A stretch of DNA of 64,000 bases from an uncultured Candidatus Saccharibacteria bacterium (GCA_964517275.1 CAZFBL010000001.1:14144-78143), one strand, 5' to 3'; shown: positions 17,513-26,706, numbered from the stretch's first letter. The notes: a model not told the origin generated them from the sequence alone. Numbers and translations: made by a program.

Positions 17513-20500
17513 TTATCTCTTCCTAATCCCCAACCAGATTTTTTGGCCGTCTAATTTAACTTCCTTTTCAACTAAAAAAGTTTCTTTTCTTTTGGTCGTC
17601 GCCTCAATCCGGTTAGCTGAAACTTCTGCTCTGATAACTGATTCATTTTTCTGGACTAATTTCCTTAAAGAAGGACTGGTTGAGTAGCGCAGATAAATTT
17701 TATCTCCCGGTTTCAAGCCGCCGTCTTTGCGCATTCCTTGAACAAAGCGAATCAAATCACGGACAATCCCCTCGGCTCTTAGCTTCGGACTAATCTTAGT
17801 ATCTAATTTAATTTCCTTGCCAAAAACCACCTCTTTTACATTAACCTCTTCGGCCAATAAATTAGCCATTCCTTTATCAGTCGCTATCGGTTTGCTGCTA
17901 ATAGTCAATTTCTCAAGCGGTTGTCTGACTTTAAGACCGGCCTTGGCTCTTTGAGCTAAACCAACAGCCGCTATTTGACGCAGTTCCGACATTTTGGCCT
18001 CTAGTTTTTTGTCAATTAATTTCTTATCGGACTTGGGGTAATCAGCCAAATGGACTGAAGAGCCCTTTTCCAAATGCTGGTATATTTCTTCGGTCAGAAA
18101 AGGCAGAAAAGGAGCAGCTAATTTAACTAATTTCAAAAGAACAAAAGAATAAACTTTCTGGGCCTCTTTTTTCTCCGAAAGATTAATCGGCCTTTGAAAG
18201 AGACGGCGGGAACGCCGAACATACCAGTTGGAAAAATCTTCCAAAAAATCATCCAGCAAACGGGCTGCTTTGGTCAATTCATACTTATCCATCCATTTAA
18301 CCATTTCTTGATTAAGAGTGTTGAACAAAGAAATAATCCATCTGTCCAAAGCGTTTTTCGGTTTAACTGATTTGGGAGCCAAACATTCTCCGTCGGTATA
18401 GGTGTCTAAAAAAGTAAAGGAATTATAAAAAGTCATAATCGTCCGCCGAAAGGTCTCGGCAATCCTCTTTTCGGAGACGATATAATCCTCGCCCATCGGG
18501 GTGCCGGTCAATAGGTAATAGCGTATGGCATCAGCCCCGTATTTGTCAAAAATGGCCTCCGGGGCAGGATAATTTTTTAGACGCTTGGAAAGCTTTTTGC
18601 CGTCTTCGCCCAAAACCAAGCCGTTAACGATAACGTTCTTGAAGGCGGGCTGATTCTTGCCTAAGCCCAAATTCTTTAGAGTCAAGGCGCTGGCCAAAAC
18701 ATGCAAGGTATAGAACCAGCCGCGGGTCTGGTCAATCCCTTCGGCGATAAAGTCAGCCGGGAATGTTTTCTCAACCAGCTCTTTATTCTGAAAAGGATAA
18801 TGCCATTGACCGTAAGGCATTGAACCGCTTTCAAACCAACAGTCAAAAACCTCCGATGTCCTTTTCATCGTTCCGCCGCAGGAACAAGGAATCTCTATCT
18901 GGTCAACAAAAGGCCGATGTAAATTTAAATTACCCTGGTCATCAAAAGGCAATTTCTTGAACTTAAGAGACGATAATTGTCCAACTTGAACAAGTTCTTT
19001 TTCCCTATTGTTGGCTATCTCCTCGTTAGACAATCCCCGACTGGCCCCTTTGAGAATCCAAAGAGGACCGCCATGGCCGACAATTAAAATATTCTTATTC
19101 CGATATTTTTTATCCGTGGCCAGGAGAAAACTCATCATTCTTTTTTTAACCTGACTAAGATTTTCTCCGCCTGGCGGCGCTTGCTCAAACCTTTTTAGAT
19201 TATCGTTCTGGAAATAAGCAAAATATTCTTTAAGCGGCCTGCCCTTGAATTTACCCATCTCAATATCTCGTAAACGCCGGTCCTGAATAACTTTAATCCC
19301 CAGGGCTTGACCGATAATAGAAGCGGTCTGCCGGGTCCGGAAGAAATCGGAGCTGAAAATTAAATCTATCTTAGCTTTCTTTAATTCCGGCACCAAGCTC
19401 CTAATCTCATTTTCGCCTTTCCCTGTCAGAGGCATTTTTCGGTTTTCGGTATCGGTATAAATCTGATAATCTATGTTAAACTTGGTCTGGCCGTGACGAA
19501 GGATATAGTAATTATTTCTTTTCGCCTTTTGGGCCAGTTCATCAAGTCCGCCAATGACCTCGGTCCGGCCGCACTTTGAACATTGCCAAATAGGAATCGG
19601 GGTTCCCCAATAACGGTTGCGGGAGATAGACCAATCGCGTGCCCCTTCCAGCCATTTGCCAAAACGTCCCTTTTTCAAATGACCAGGCACCCATCTAATC
19701 TTTTGATTATTGGCGACCAGCTCTTTTTTAAACTTGGTTACCGCCACGTACCAACTGTTAATCGGGTAGTAAAGCAACGGACTTTCACAGCGCCAGCAAA
19801 AAGGATAAGCGTGTTTAATCTTTTCGGCTTTGAATAATAGGTCACGTTTCTTTAAATCAGCTTTGATATCCTGGTCGGCCTTCTTGACAAATTTGCCTTC
19901 GCCCGGAATCTTTAATCCTTTAATTACCTTGCCCTCTTCGTCAACGGTAATCAGACCGGGTAAATCTTCTTTCTGGCCTAATTCCATATCTTCCTCGCCA
20001 AAAGTCGGAGCAATATGAACTAAGCCGGTCCCGTCTTCCACCGAAACAAAATCAGCCGGGACAATCCGATAGCCTGGTTTATCCAATTTCATCGGATAAA
20101 GCGGTTGATATTCCAAACCAACCAAATCCCGGCCAAATAACTCTTCAACCACTTCGCACTTTCCGGCTTTAGTCAAAACATCCAGACGCTCTTTGGCTAA
20201 GATATAGTACTGGTTATTGAATTTAACTTTAAGGTATTTGAAATCCGGGCCGACAGCGACAGCTGTATTGGCGGCTAGAGTCCAAGGAGTGGTTGTCCAG
20301 ACAAATAAAAAAGTATCCGGCTGGCCCTTTAAAGGAAATTTAATATAGACCGATTCGTCTTCCACTTCCTGATAAGCACCGGGCTGATTCAATTCAAAAT
20401 TAGACAGAGGCGTGCCGCAGCGCGGGCAATAAGGAGTCACCCGAAAATCCTGATAAACTAAGCCCTGCTCCCACAATTGTTTCAATACCCACCAAACTGA

Positions 20501-20950
20501 TTCAATGTATTCATTATCCAGAGTGGCGTAAGATTGAGAAAAATCCGCCCAACGAGCAACTCGGTTAAAGGTTTTGTACCAATCGTTAATACATTGAAAA
20601 ACCGACTGACGACAGGCCTGATTAAATTTCTTAATCCCAAATTTCTCAATCTCTTTTTTGCTTTTCAAGCCCAATTTCTGTTCAATCATATTTTCAACCG
20701 GCAAACCATGGCAATCCCAGCCAACCCGCCAGCCAATACGATGGCCTTTCATCGCCCAATAACGCAAGACCGTATCTTTAATCGTCCCGGCTAGAATATT
20801 GCCGTAATGAGGCAAACCGGAGGCAAAAGGCGGTCCATCATAAAAACTAAAAAAGGGCTTCTTCTGGCGAAGCTTAATCGATTTGGCAAAAATGTCCTCT
20901 TTTTGCCAAAACTTCAATATTTTCTTCTCTATTTTAGGAATCGGATTCAT
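17513..20950 (-). CDS. ileS: Isoleucyl-tRNA synthetase (type 2) carrying an inserted histidine-phosphatase (PGAM-like) domain
   Basis: PPFASGLPHYGNILAG (HIGH variant HYGN). KLSKRLKNYP (KMSKS). 1145 aa. An insert of about 185 aa sits between PIPIW-QCSKCG and HRPFVD, with RHGQT...SSDFFRTRQTA...LIVGHGGP. Confidence 0.9.
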   Translation of the reverse strand: MNPIPKIEKKILKFWQKEDIFAKSIKLRQKKPFFSFYDGPPFASGLPHYGNILAGTIKDTVLRYWAMKGHRIGWRVGWDCHGLPVENMIEQKLGLKSKKEIEKFGIKKFNQACRQSVFQCINDWYKTFNRVARWADFSQSYATLDNEYIESVWWVLKQLWEQGLVYQDFRVTPYCPRCGTPLSNFELNQPGAYQEVEDESVYIKFPLKGQPDTFLFVWTTTPWTLAANTAVAVGPDFKYLKVKFNNQYYILAKERLDVLTKAGKCEVVEELFGRDLVGLEYQPLYPMKLDKPGYRIVPADFVSVEDGTGLVHIAPTFGEEDMELGQKEDLPGLITVDEEGKVIKGLKIPGEGKFVKKADQDIKADLKKRDLLFKAEKIKHAYPFCWRCESPLLYYPINSWYVAVTKFKKELVANNQKIRWVPGHLKKGRFGKWLEGARDWSISRNRYWGTPIPIWQCSKCGRTEVIGGLDELAQKAKRNNYYILRHGQTKFNIDYQIYTDTENRKMPLTGKGENEIRSLVPELKKAKIDLIFSSDFFRTRQTASIIGQALGIKVIQDRRLRDIEMGKFKGRPLKEYFAYFQNDNLKRFEQAPPGGENLSQVKKRMMSFLLATDKKYRNKNILIVGHGGPLWILKGASRGLSNEEIANNREKELVQVGQLSSLKFKKLPFDDQGNLNLHRPFVDQIEIPCSCGGTMKRTSEVFDCWFESGSMPYGQWHYPFQNKELVEKTFPADFIAEGIDQTRGWFYTLHVLASALTLKNLGLGKNQPAFKNVIVNGLVLGEDGKKLSKRLKNYPAPEAIFDKYGADAIRYYLLTGTPMGEDYIVSEKRIAETFRRTIMTFYNSFTFLDTYTDGECLAPKSVKPKNALDRWIISLFNTLNQEMVKWMDKYELTKAARLLDDFLEDFSNWYVRRSRRLFQRPINLSEKKEAQKVYSFVLLKLVKLAAPFLPFLTEEIYQHLEKGSSVHLADYPKSDKKLIDKKLEAKMSELRQIAAVGLAQRAKAGLKVRQPLEKLTISSKPIATDKGMANLLAEEVNVKEVVFGKEIKLDTKISPKLRAEGIVRDLIRFVQGMRKDGGLKPGDKIYLRYSTSPSLRKLVQKNESVIRAEVSANRIEATTKRKETFLVEKEVKLDGQKIWLGIRKR

Positions 20951-20951
20951 C

Positions 20952-22502
20952 CTACATTTTCTCCGGCGCTTGAATGCCCATTAACTTTAAAACGTTTCTT
21001 AAAACAATCTGTGTTGCTTTGATTAAACCAAGTCGGGCTCGGCTTAATTCTTTATTCTGTTCATCTAAAACCCGGCACTGTTCATAAAATTTATGAAAGG
21101 AATTAGCTAACTCCAAAGAATAGTAGGGCAGTCGCTGGACTTGGTAATCTCGGCTGGTTTCTTCAATAATTTCCGGGAACTTGATTAACTGGCGAATAAG
21201 GCTTAATTCGCTCAAGCCAAGGTTCGACCTTTCGAGCGCGACCTTGCCTTTGGCAATGTCGCTACTCTCAATGTCAAACCTTGCTTTCGCTTTTGCCAGA
21301 ATACTGTGTATTCTGGCGTGGGCGTACTGGACATAATAGACCGGATTCTTGGCTGATTGTTCCTGGGCCAAGGCCAAATCAAAATTCAAATGAGTATCCG
21401 GGGATTTTTGTAAAAAGAAAAATCTAACTGCGTCAGAGCCAACTTTATCCAACAACTCATCCATGCCTACATAAAAGCCGGCCCGCTTAGACATTTTTTT
21501 CTGAGCACCTTTTTCTAAAATAGTCACAAATTGCAAAAGAATAATCTCTAACTTGTCTTTATGGCCAATCGCCTCTACCGCGGCTATTAATCCGGGGATA
21601 TCGCCATGATGGTCAGCTCCCCAAATATTAATCACTCTATCAAAACCCTTGTCCTCAAACTTATACTGATGCAAAGCAATATCACCAGCTAAATAGGTTT
21701 TACCACCATCTTTTTTGACTACCACCCGGTCCCGTTGATCGCCGAACTTGGATGACTTAAACCATTGGGCATCTTCTTTCTGCTCAATTAAACCCTTTTC
21801 GGTTAAATATTTCAAGACCTTGTCTACCCGACCGGACTGATGTAAGTCAGATTCAAAAATCCATTCATCATATTTAATCCCTAATTTATCAGTCGTCTTT
21901 TGAATTGAATCTTTAACAATATGCTTAGCCGCTAGTTGACCGACCTTAAAAGGGTCTTTTTCTTTGACTTTTTTAGCTAATTCATCAATATATTCGCCTT
22001 TGTACTTGGCCTGTTCGTCTTTCAGAACGGAATGACCTAAACTCGAAATCTGCTGACCGTAATCATTAACATAATAGGCTTTTTCTGTCTGGAAACCGGC
22101 TTTTTTTAAAATATTAGCTAAAACATCGCCATAAGGACCGCCCCGGGCATTAGCTACGGTTAAAGGTCCGGTCGGGTTGGCTGAAATAAACTCTACCTGG
22201 ACCTTTTTATTCTGACCAATATCCAATTGGCCATAACTATCTCCTTGCTTAATAATTTCAGCCAATTCTTCCTGAAGCGCTTTTTCAGATAAAAAAAAGT
22301 TAATAAAACCCGGCCCAGCTTTTTCCACTTTATCGAATAAAGGATTATTCTTTAACGATCCTATAATTTTAGCAGGGTCGGTTTTAGTTTGCAGTGCAAT
22401 GTTGGTTGAATAATCGCCAAATTCCGAATTAGTCGGATGCTCTAAATGAACCTCTTTTTTGACAATTTCTTTAATTAATTTCTCAATTTTTTTTCTGAGC
22501 AT
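20952..22502 (-). CDS. argS: Arginyl-tRNA synthetase
   Basis: SANPTGPL-TVAN-ARGG (HIGH position). KKMSKRAG. DALR-domain start VQYAHARI. Confidence 0.85.
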   Translation of the reverse strand: MLRKKIEKLIKEIVKKEVHLEHPTNSEFGDYSTNIALQTKTDPAKIIGSLKNNPLFDKVEKAGPGFINFFLSEKALQEELAEIIKQGDSYGQLDIGQNKKVQVEFISANPTGPLTVANARGGPYGDVLANILKKAGFQTEKAYYVNDYGQQISSLGHSVLKDEQAKYKGEYIDELAKKVKEKDPFKVGQLAAKHIVKDSIQKTTDKLGIKYDEWIFESDLHQSGRVDKVLKYLTEKGLIEQKEDAQWFKSSKFGDQRDRVVVKKDGGKTYLAGDIALHQYKFEDKGFDRVINIWGADHHGDIPGLIAAVEAIGHKDKLEIILLQFVTILEKGAQKKMSKRAGFYVGMDELLDKVGSDAVRFFFLQKSPDTHLNFDLALAQEQSAKNPVYYVQYAHARIHSILAKAKARFDIESSDIAKGKVALERSNLGLSELSLIRQLIKFPEIIEETSRDYQVQRLPYYSLELANSFHKFYEQCRVLDEQNKELSRARLGLIKATQIVLRNVLKLMGIQAPEKM

Positions 22503-22543
22503 AATTCCATCATAGCTTATTATTGCGATTTACTCAAGTATCA

Positions 22544-22571
22544 TTGACAAATATAATAGGTATAGTATAAT
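22544..22571 (+). promoter_or_regulatory. Near-consensus sigma70-type promoter (TTGACA-16 nt-TATAAT)
   Basis: TTGACA at 22544-22549, TATAAT at 22566-22571. Followed by the 5' hairpin CCGTGG-ATGCG-CCACGG and a GGAG RBS before the ATG at 22647. Confidence 0.55.
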
Positions 22572-22646
22572 TTAATACCGTGGATGCGCCACGGTCCGCT
22601 AGCCATCTAGCAGAAAAAAATTAAAAATCTAAAAATGGAGAATACT

Positions 22647-22973
22647 ATGTTAGAAGGGGTAGCCAGAATATACGGTTTTGTGTTAGAAGCGCCAGAAGAA
22701 ATTAAAAAAGCAGCTGGCGGAAAAGTGTATCTCGAATTCGAATGGTCTGTTGAAAGCGGCGAATTATGTGTGGCTGAACAAATCACGACCTCGGCAACCA
22801 TAGGTTTTTGTTCCAATAATGGAATAAAGCTCTTCAACTTCACAGATTTTAACGATCCTCTTCACGAAAAACCGAAAAAATGGGTGGTTTTCGGTTCTGC
22901 TAAAAACTTTGACGAGGCCCGTCTACGGGCACAAGAAGCCATTGACGAAAAAATAATAGGAAGGATTAACTGA
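22647..22973 (+). CDS. Hypothetical protein (108 aa)
   Basis: ORF with GGAG 7 nt upstream of ATG 22647. The in-frame ATG at 22635 has no SD. Confidence 0.5.
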   Translation: MLEGVARIYGFVLEAPEEIKKAAGGKVYLEFEWSVESGELCVAEQITTSATIGFCSNNGIKLFNFTDFNDPLHEKPKKWVVFGSAKNFDEARLRAQEAIDEKIIGRIN

Positions 22974-23068
22974 CGTTACCATTTATAATGTCCTTCTTAG
23001 AAAAATTTATCCTGGGTCGGTATCTAATACGTATTACTGGCCCTTTTTCTATATGATATAATATATTC

Positions 23069-23518
23069 ATGCCCACCTTAGCCAAAAATCCGCGAGCTAA
23101 ATACGATTACCATATTTTAGCCACCTTTGAGGCCGGTTTGGTTTTAGCCGGCCACGAAGTTAAGGCCATCAAAACCGGACACATGAGTTTAAAAGGGGCT
23201 TATGTGACCATCAAAAATGAAGAGGTCTGGTTGATTAATGCCTTTATTCCGCCCTACCAACCGAAGAATACGCCGGCCGACTATCAGCCGGACCGAACCA
23301 GAAAATTGCTTTTGAATAAAAAAGAGATAAGAAGTTTAATCGGCCAGTCAAAACAGAAAGGCTTGACTTTAGTCCCCTTGCGGGTTTATACTAAAAAAGG
23401 AAAAATAAAGCTGGAATTTGCTTTAGGCCGCGGTAAACGACAATTTGACAAACGTCAAAAAATTAAAGAAAGAGAAAGCAAAAGGAAAATTGACCGGGCC
23501 TTGAAAAATCGCTCTTAA
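23069..23518 (+). CDS. smpB: SsrA-binding protein SmpB
   Basis: KYDYHILATFEAGLVLAGHEVKAIKTG... is a typical SmpB core. Confidence 0.9.
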   Translation: MPTLAKNPRAKYDYHILATFEAGLVLAGHEVKAIKTGHMSLKGAYVTIKNEEVWLINAFIPPYQPKNTPADYQPDRTRKLLLNKKEIRSLIGQSKQKGLTLVPLRVYTKKGKIKLEFALGRGKRQFDKRQKIKERESKRKIDRALKNRS

Positions 23519-23600
23519 AAATTATTCTCTGAGCGAGCCGAAGGGCTCTTCGATAAACATGGATCAAATGCCTTCGACAAACTCAGACAATAACCCGAAT

Positions 23601-23936
23601 GGGGGCGCTAGGCCTCGATGGGAAGTAATTTCAAAATAGGCAAGCCAAGCGGAATCTTGTTAACTTTCATAAAACAATTGCCAACTTAAAAGTTGCTCCT
23701 GCTTACGCTTAAGTAAGCAGCATCTGCTTGATTGACTCTCGATAGATAAAGCAGGTGTCATTGATCGAGATAGACAGAGCTTGAGTTAGGCAGCTCTGTT
23801 CGAAGATTACTAACTAGAGATAAGAGGATTTTGTCTTTTTTAGACCGATTATCTCAAATCTTCCAAAAAAGACTAAACTTGTAGAATATTTTGAGAGAAC
23901 TTTCTAGACGGGAGTTCGACTCTCCCCGCCTCCACC
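23601..23936 (+). ncRNA. ssrA: tmRNA (SsrA), standard non-permuted form
   Basis: 5' GGGGGCG...CUCGAUGGG. 3' GGGAGTTCGACTCTCCC T-arm plus CGCCTCCACC acceptor with a G3:U wobble. Internal ORF GCC AAC TTA AAA GTT GCT CCT GCT TAC GCT TAA (tag ANLKVAPAYA), with the stop in a GCTTAC/GTAAGC hairpin loop. Lies immediately downstream of smpB. Confidence 0.8.
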
Positions 23937-23939
23937 TCG

Positions 23940-24461
23940 ATTATTAAAGTAAAAGCTATTCAAATAAAACCACGCCTCAACAATCAAATAAGGATTAGTC
24001 CAATTCGGCTGATTGATGAAAATGGTCAGAACCTGGGTATTGTCGAGACTGGCCAAGCTTTAAGGATAGCCCGAGAGAAAGGTCTTGATTTAATTGAGAT
24101 AGCCCCGACCGTCCGACCGCCAGTCTGCCGGATAATGGATTACGGCAAATATCAATACCAGAAATCGAGAGAAGAAAGACAGCAAAAATCCAAACAGAAA
24201 AAAATAGAAGTAAAGGGAGTCCGAATTGGTTTAAAAACAGGTCAACATGACCTGGAGATTAAAGCTAAACAGGCTAACAAATTTCTTGACCAAGGGGATA
24301 AGGTTAAAATAGAAATTATCCTGCGCGGTCGGGAAAAAGCTCTTCTGGATATCGCTAAGGAAAGATTAAACAATTTTATTGAATTAATTTCGCCGGAAGC
24401 TAAGATTGAAAAACAAGCCGAAAGACAACCTCGGGGATTGAGTATGCTGGTCACCAAATAA
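23940..24461 (+). CDS. infC: Translation initiation factor IF-3 with a probable non-AUG (AUU) start
   Basis: The frame is open from 23895. Upstream of the first ATG (24135) it encodes an IF-3 N-domain, IIKVKAIQIKPRLNNQIRISPIRLIDENGQNLG...PPVCRIMDYGK. ATT codons occur at 23940 and 23943. The C-domain motifs and the infC-rpmI-rplT order are conserved. Confidence 0.7.
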   Translation: MIKVKAIQIKPRLNNQIRISPIRLIDENGQNLGIVETGQALRIAREKGLDLIEIAPTVRPPVCRIMDYGKYQYQKSREERQQKSKQKKIEVKGVRIGLKTGQHDLEIKAKQANKFLDQGDKVKIEIILRGREKALLDIAKERLNNFIELISPEAKIEKQAERQPRGLSMLVTK

Positions 24462-24462
24462 A

Positions 24463-24654
24463 ATGCCTAAACTGAAAACGAATAAACTTTTATCAAAAAG
24501 AATTAAAATTACCGGTCGGGGCAAACTGCTTCACCGCCCGGGTCATCAAGACCACTTTAACGCCAAGGATTCTGGACAGAAAACTCGGGCTAAGCGGAAA
24601 AAACAGAAATTATCCTCGGCCGGCCAAAGGATATTCAAAAATATCCCTTTTTAA
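24463..24654 (+). CDS. rpmI: 50S ribosomal protein L35
   Basis: MPKLKTNKLLSKRIKITGRGKLLHRPGH matches the L35 family. Confidence 0.85.
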   Translation: MPKLKTNKLLSKRIKITGRGKLLHRPGHQDHFNAKDSGQKTRAKRKKQKLSSAGQRIFKNIPF

Positions 24655-24666
24655 TTTTGACAATCT

Positions 24667-25011
24667 ATGCCTAGAGTTAAACGAGGAACAATGGCCCATA
24701 AGCGACGCAAAAAGGTTATTAAACAGGCTAAGGGCTTTAAATGGGGCCGTAAATCTAAATACAAATTAGCTAAGGATGCTTTAAGGCATGCCTGGCTTCA
24801 TGCTTACCGCGACCGCAAAAGAAAAAAGCGGGATTTTCGCCGACTCTGGCAGATTAAAATAAACGCCGCTTGCCGAGAAAATGGTTTGACTTACAGCAAA
24901 TTCATTAACAAACTAAAAAAAGCCAAGATTGAAATAGACCGCAAAATCCTGGCCCAGTTGGCTGAAAAAGAGCCAACCATCTTTAAAAAAATAATTGAGA
25001 AAGTTAAATAA
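24667..25011 (+). CDS. rplT: 50S ribosomal protein L20
   Basis: MPRVKRGTMAHKRRKKVIKQAKGF...YRDRKRKKRDFRRLWQIKINAA matches the L20 family. Confidence 0.9.
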   Translation: MPRVKRGTMAHKRRKKVIKQAKGFKWGRKSKYKLAKDALRHAWLHAYRDRKRKKRDFRRLWQIKINAACRENGLTYSKFINKLKKAKIEIDRKILAQLAEKEPTIFKKIIEKVK

Positions 25012-25073
25012 TTTATCAAAGCCGGATGGTGCAATTCAGGAGGCATAATTATGATATTAACTTTATCAAATGG

Positions 25074-25111
25074 AAAAGCCGTTTGGAATTTAAATCCCAA
25101 ACGGCTTTTTT
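25074..25111. terminator. Bidirectional intrinsic terminator (13-bp stem AAAAGCCGTTTGG/CCAAACGGCTTTT)
   Basis: Perfect hairpin with a 10-nt loop and a T-run. Lies between rplT (+) and a convergent minus-strand gene. Confidence 0.7.
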
Positions 25112-25127
25112 GTATTCGGTCTTTCTG

Positions 25128-25661
25128 CTAATGCCAAAAAGCGGACCAGAGTTCATCAAGAATACTATTCTGACTAATCCGGGCGATTGATTCCATTTCC
25201 TCTTTTTCGGCCAAGGCCAGTCCTCGAGCTGCGCAGAGAACCACCGCTTCGTCAACCAATTCTCCCTGTGTAGAATCTTCAAGAAAAATACTGCTTTTAA
25301 AAGAAAAAATCAGCCCCTTGCGCAGCTTAACAGCTCCACCAGCCCAAACAACATATTTTCGCTTTTGCCAGCTGCTAACCAAATTCCGATGATAAGCAAG
25401 AATCCAACCATTACGTTTCGCTAAAGTACGTAGGAATTCAACATCGCCCCCTCCCGAAATAAAATTAGCTAGCTGACCGAAGACAGCCGATAGAGTTTTG
25501 ACATATAGCCCGGGTTGATCGCCTACCATTTCCCAAAGAACAAAACAACCAACTTGTGGTCTGGAAATTGCTTTAATCTTTTCCAAACTAAACAGAGCTT
25601 CAAAAACCTCCCAAGTCCTAGACAAAATTTCAATCCTAAAATCGTCGTTTATCGGCTCCAT
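25128..25661 (-). CDS. Hypothetical protein (177 aa)
   Basis: ORF only. No motif recognised. Confidence 0.4.
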   Translation of the reverse strand: MEPINDDFRIEILSRTWEVFEALFSLEKIKAISRPQVGCFVLWEMVGDQPGLYVKTLSAVFGQLANFISGGGDVEFLRTLAKRNGWILAYHRNLVSSWQKRKYVVWAGGAVKLRKGLIFSFKSSIFLEDSTQGELVDEAVVLCAARGLALAEKEEMESIARISQNSILDELWSAFWH

Positions 25662-25758
25662 AACTACCTCCTCCCATTGAATTGACGATGACTACCTATT
25701 AATATAAAAGAGCTACAAGCTATAAATATACTATAGCAAAAATCGGTCAAGTCAATAT

Positions 25759-26691
25759 TTAAATCTCGGCCACCAATAAATCCAAGGCTGTTGGACCATC
25801 CAAGCGGCCTTTTTTTATAGCCAAATCAATTTCCAGCAAGCGTTGGTAGATTCTCTTCAGCTGGTCCAAGCTGAAATTTTGAAGGACTGACCAGTTTTTT
25901 TTAACTGCATAGGGATGAAGACCGCTTTTTTTAGCCAAAGTATGGTAGGGCGTTCCCCGGCTGATTAAATCCTTAAGTTTAAGCAAACCGCGCAGTTGAT
26001 AAATAAACATGGTTAGTAAATAGATTTCGTTTTCACCTTGATTTAAATGTTCGTGCAAAAGCTTCAAGGCCGTTTTTTTATCTCGTTGAGCCAGAGCATC
26101 CAAGGTTTTGAAAATATTAACCTCTATCTTGGGTCCAACCAACAAATCGATATCTTCTTCATTAATCGGCTGGCCGGCTCTATAGCTAGCCAGTTTGTTA
26201 AGCTGGTTATTAATCTGCCAAAGGTCGTTGTCCGAATAAGAAACTAGTTTTTTAAGAGCGTCTAGACTAATAGCTATCTTCTGTCTAGCTGCTTCTTTTT
26301 TCAGCCAATTAACCAAATATGCTCCGCTTAATGGTTTAAACTCTTCAAACATAGTCAGCCAGGATTTAAAAGGAGTGATGGCTAACTTGCCTTCTTGATG
26401 AATAACTAAAATGATATCCTGATTTTGTTTTAGTTTATTCTTCTTAACGTATTCAGAAAATTCCCCTAAGAAACTTTTGTTCTCAAAAATGTTTTCCAAA
26501 ATAATTAATTTCTTCTCATCGAACATAGAAACCGACTCCACTTTTTCTTTGACTTGAGAAAAATCCAAATCTTCTTCGCGGAAGCGAACCAAATTTAGGC
26601 CAGTTCTGTGCTTAGTCTGGTATTGTCCGATAATTTCTTTTAATTTTTGCCGCGAGCGATAACTATCCTCGCCGTAGAGAAGAATGAGCAT
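25759..26691 (-). CDS. holA: DNA polymerase III delta subunit
   Basis: MLILLYGEDSYRSRQKLKEI... is a typical HolA N-terminus. The ORF track extends to 26889, but that extension overlaps the intergenic palindromic element. Confidence 0.6.
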   Translation of the reverse strand: MLILLYGEDSYRSRQKLKEIIGQYQTKHRTGLNLVRFREEDLDFSQVKEKVESVSMFDEKKLIILENIFENKSFLGEFSEYVKKNKLKQNQDIILVIHQEGKLAITPFKSWLTMFEEFKPLSGAYLVNWLKKEAARQKIAISLDALKKLVSYSDNDLWQINNQLNKLASYRAGQPINEEDIDLLVGPKIEVNIFKTLDALAQRDKKTALKLLHEHLNQGENEIYLLTMFIYQLRGLLKLKDLISRGTPYHTLAKKSGLHPYAVKKNWSVLQNFSLDQLKRIYQRLLEIDLAIKKGRLDGPTALDLLVAEI

Positions 26692-26706
26692 AAAAAAGTT
26701 AGTGAA

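Noticed and set aside
18950-19520. Possibility that the IleRS insert is an intein
   Set aside because: There are no Cys/Ser/Thr splice-junction residues or terminal HN. The insert carries the RHG/HGG histidine-phosphatase signature instead of Hint/HEN motifs.
22607-22843. 78-aa minus-strand ORF antisense to the 22647..22973 gene
   Set aside because: Shadow ORF. The plus-strand gene has a promoter and an RBS, and this one has neither.
24135-24137. ATG at 24135 used by the ORF track as the infC start
   Set aside because: It would delete the conserved IF-3 N-terminal domain, which is clearly encoded in-frame upstream. A non-AUG (ATT) start at about 23940 is more consistent.
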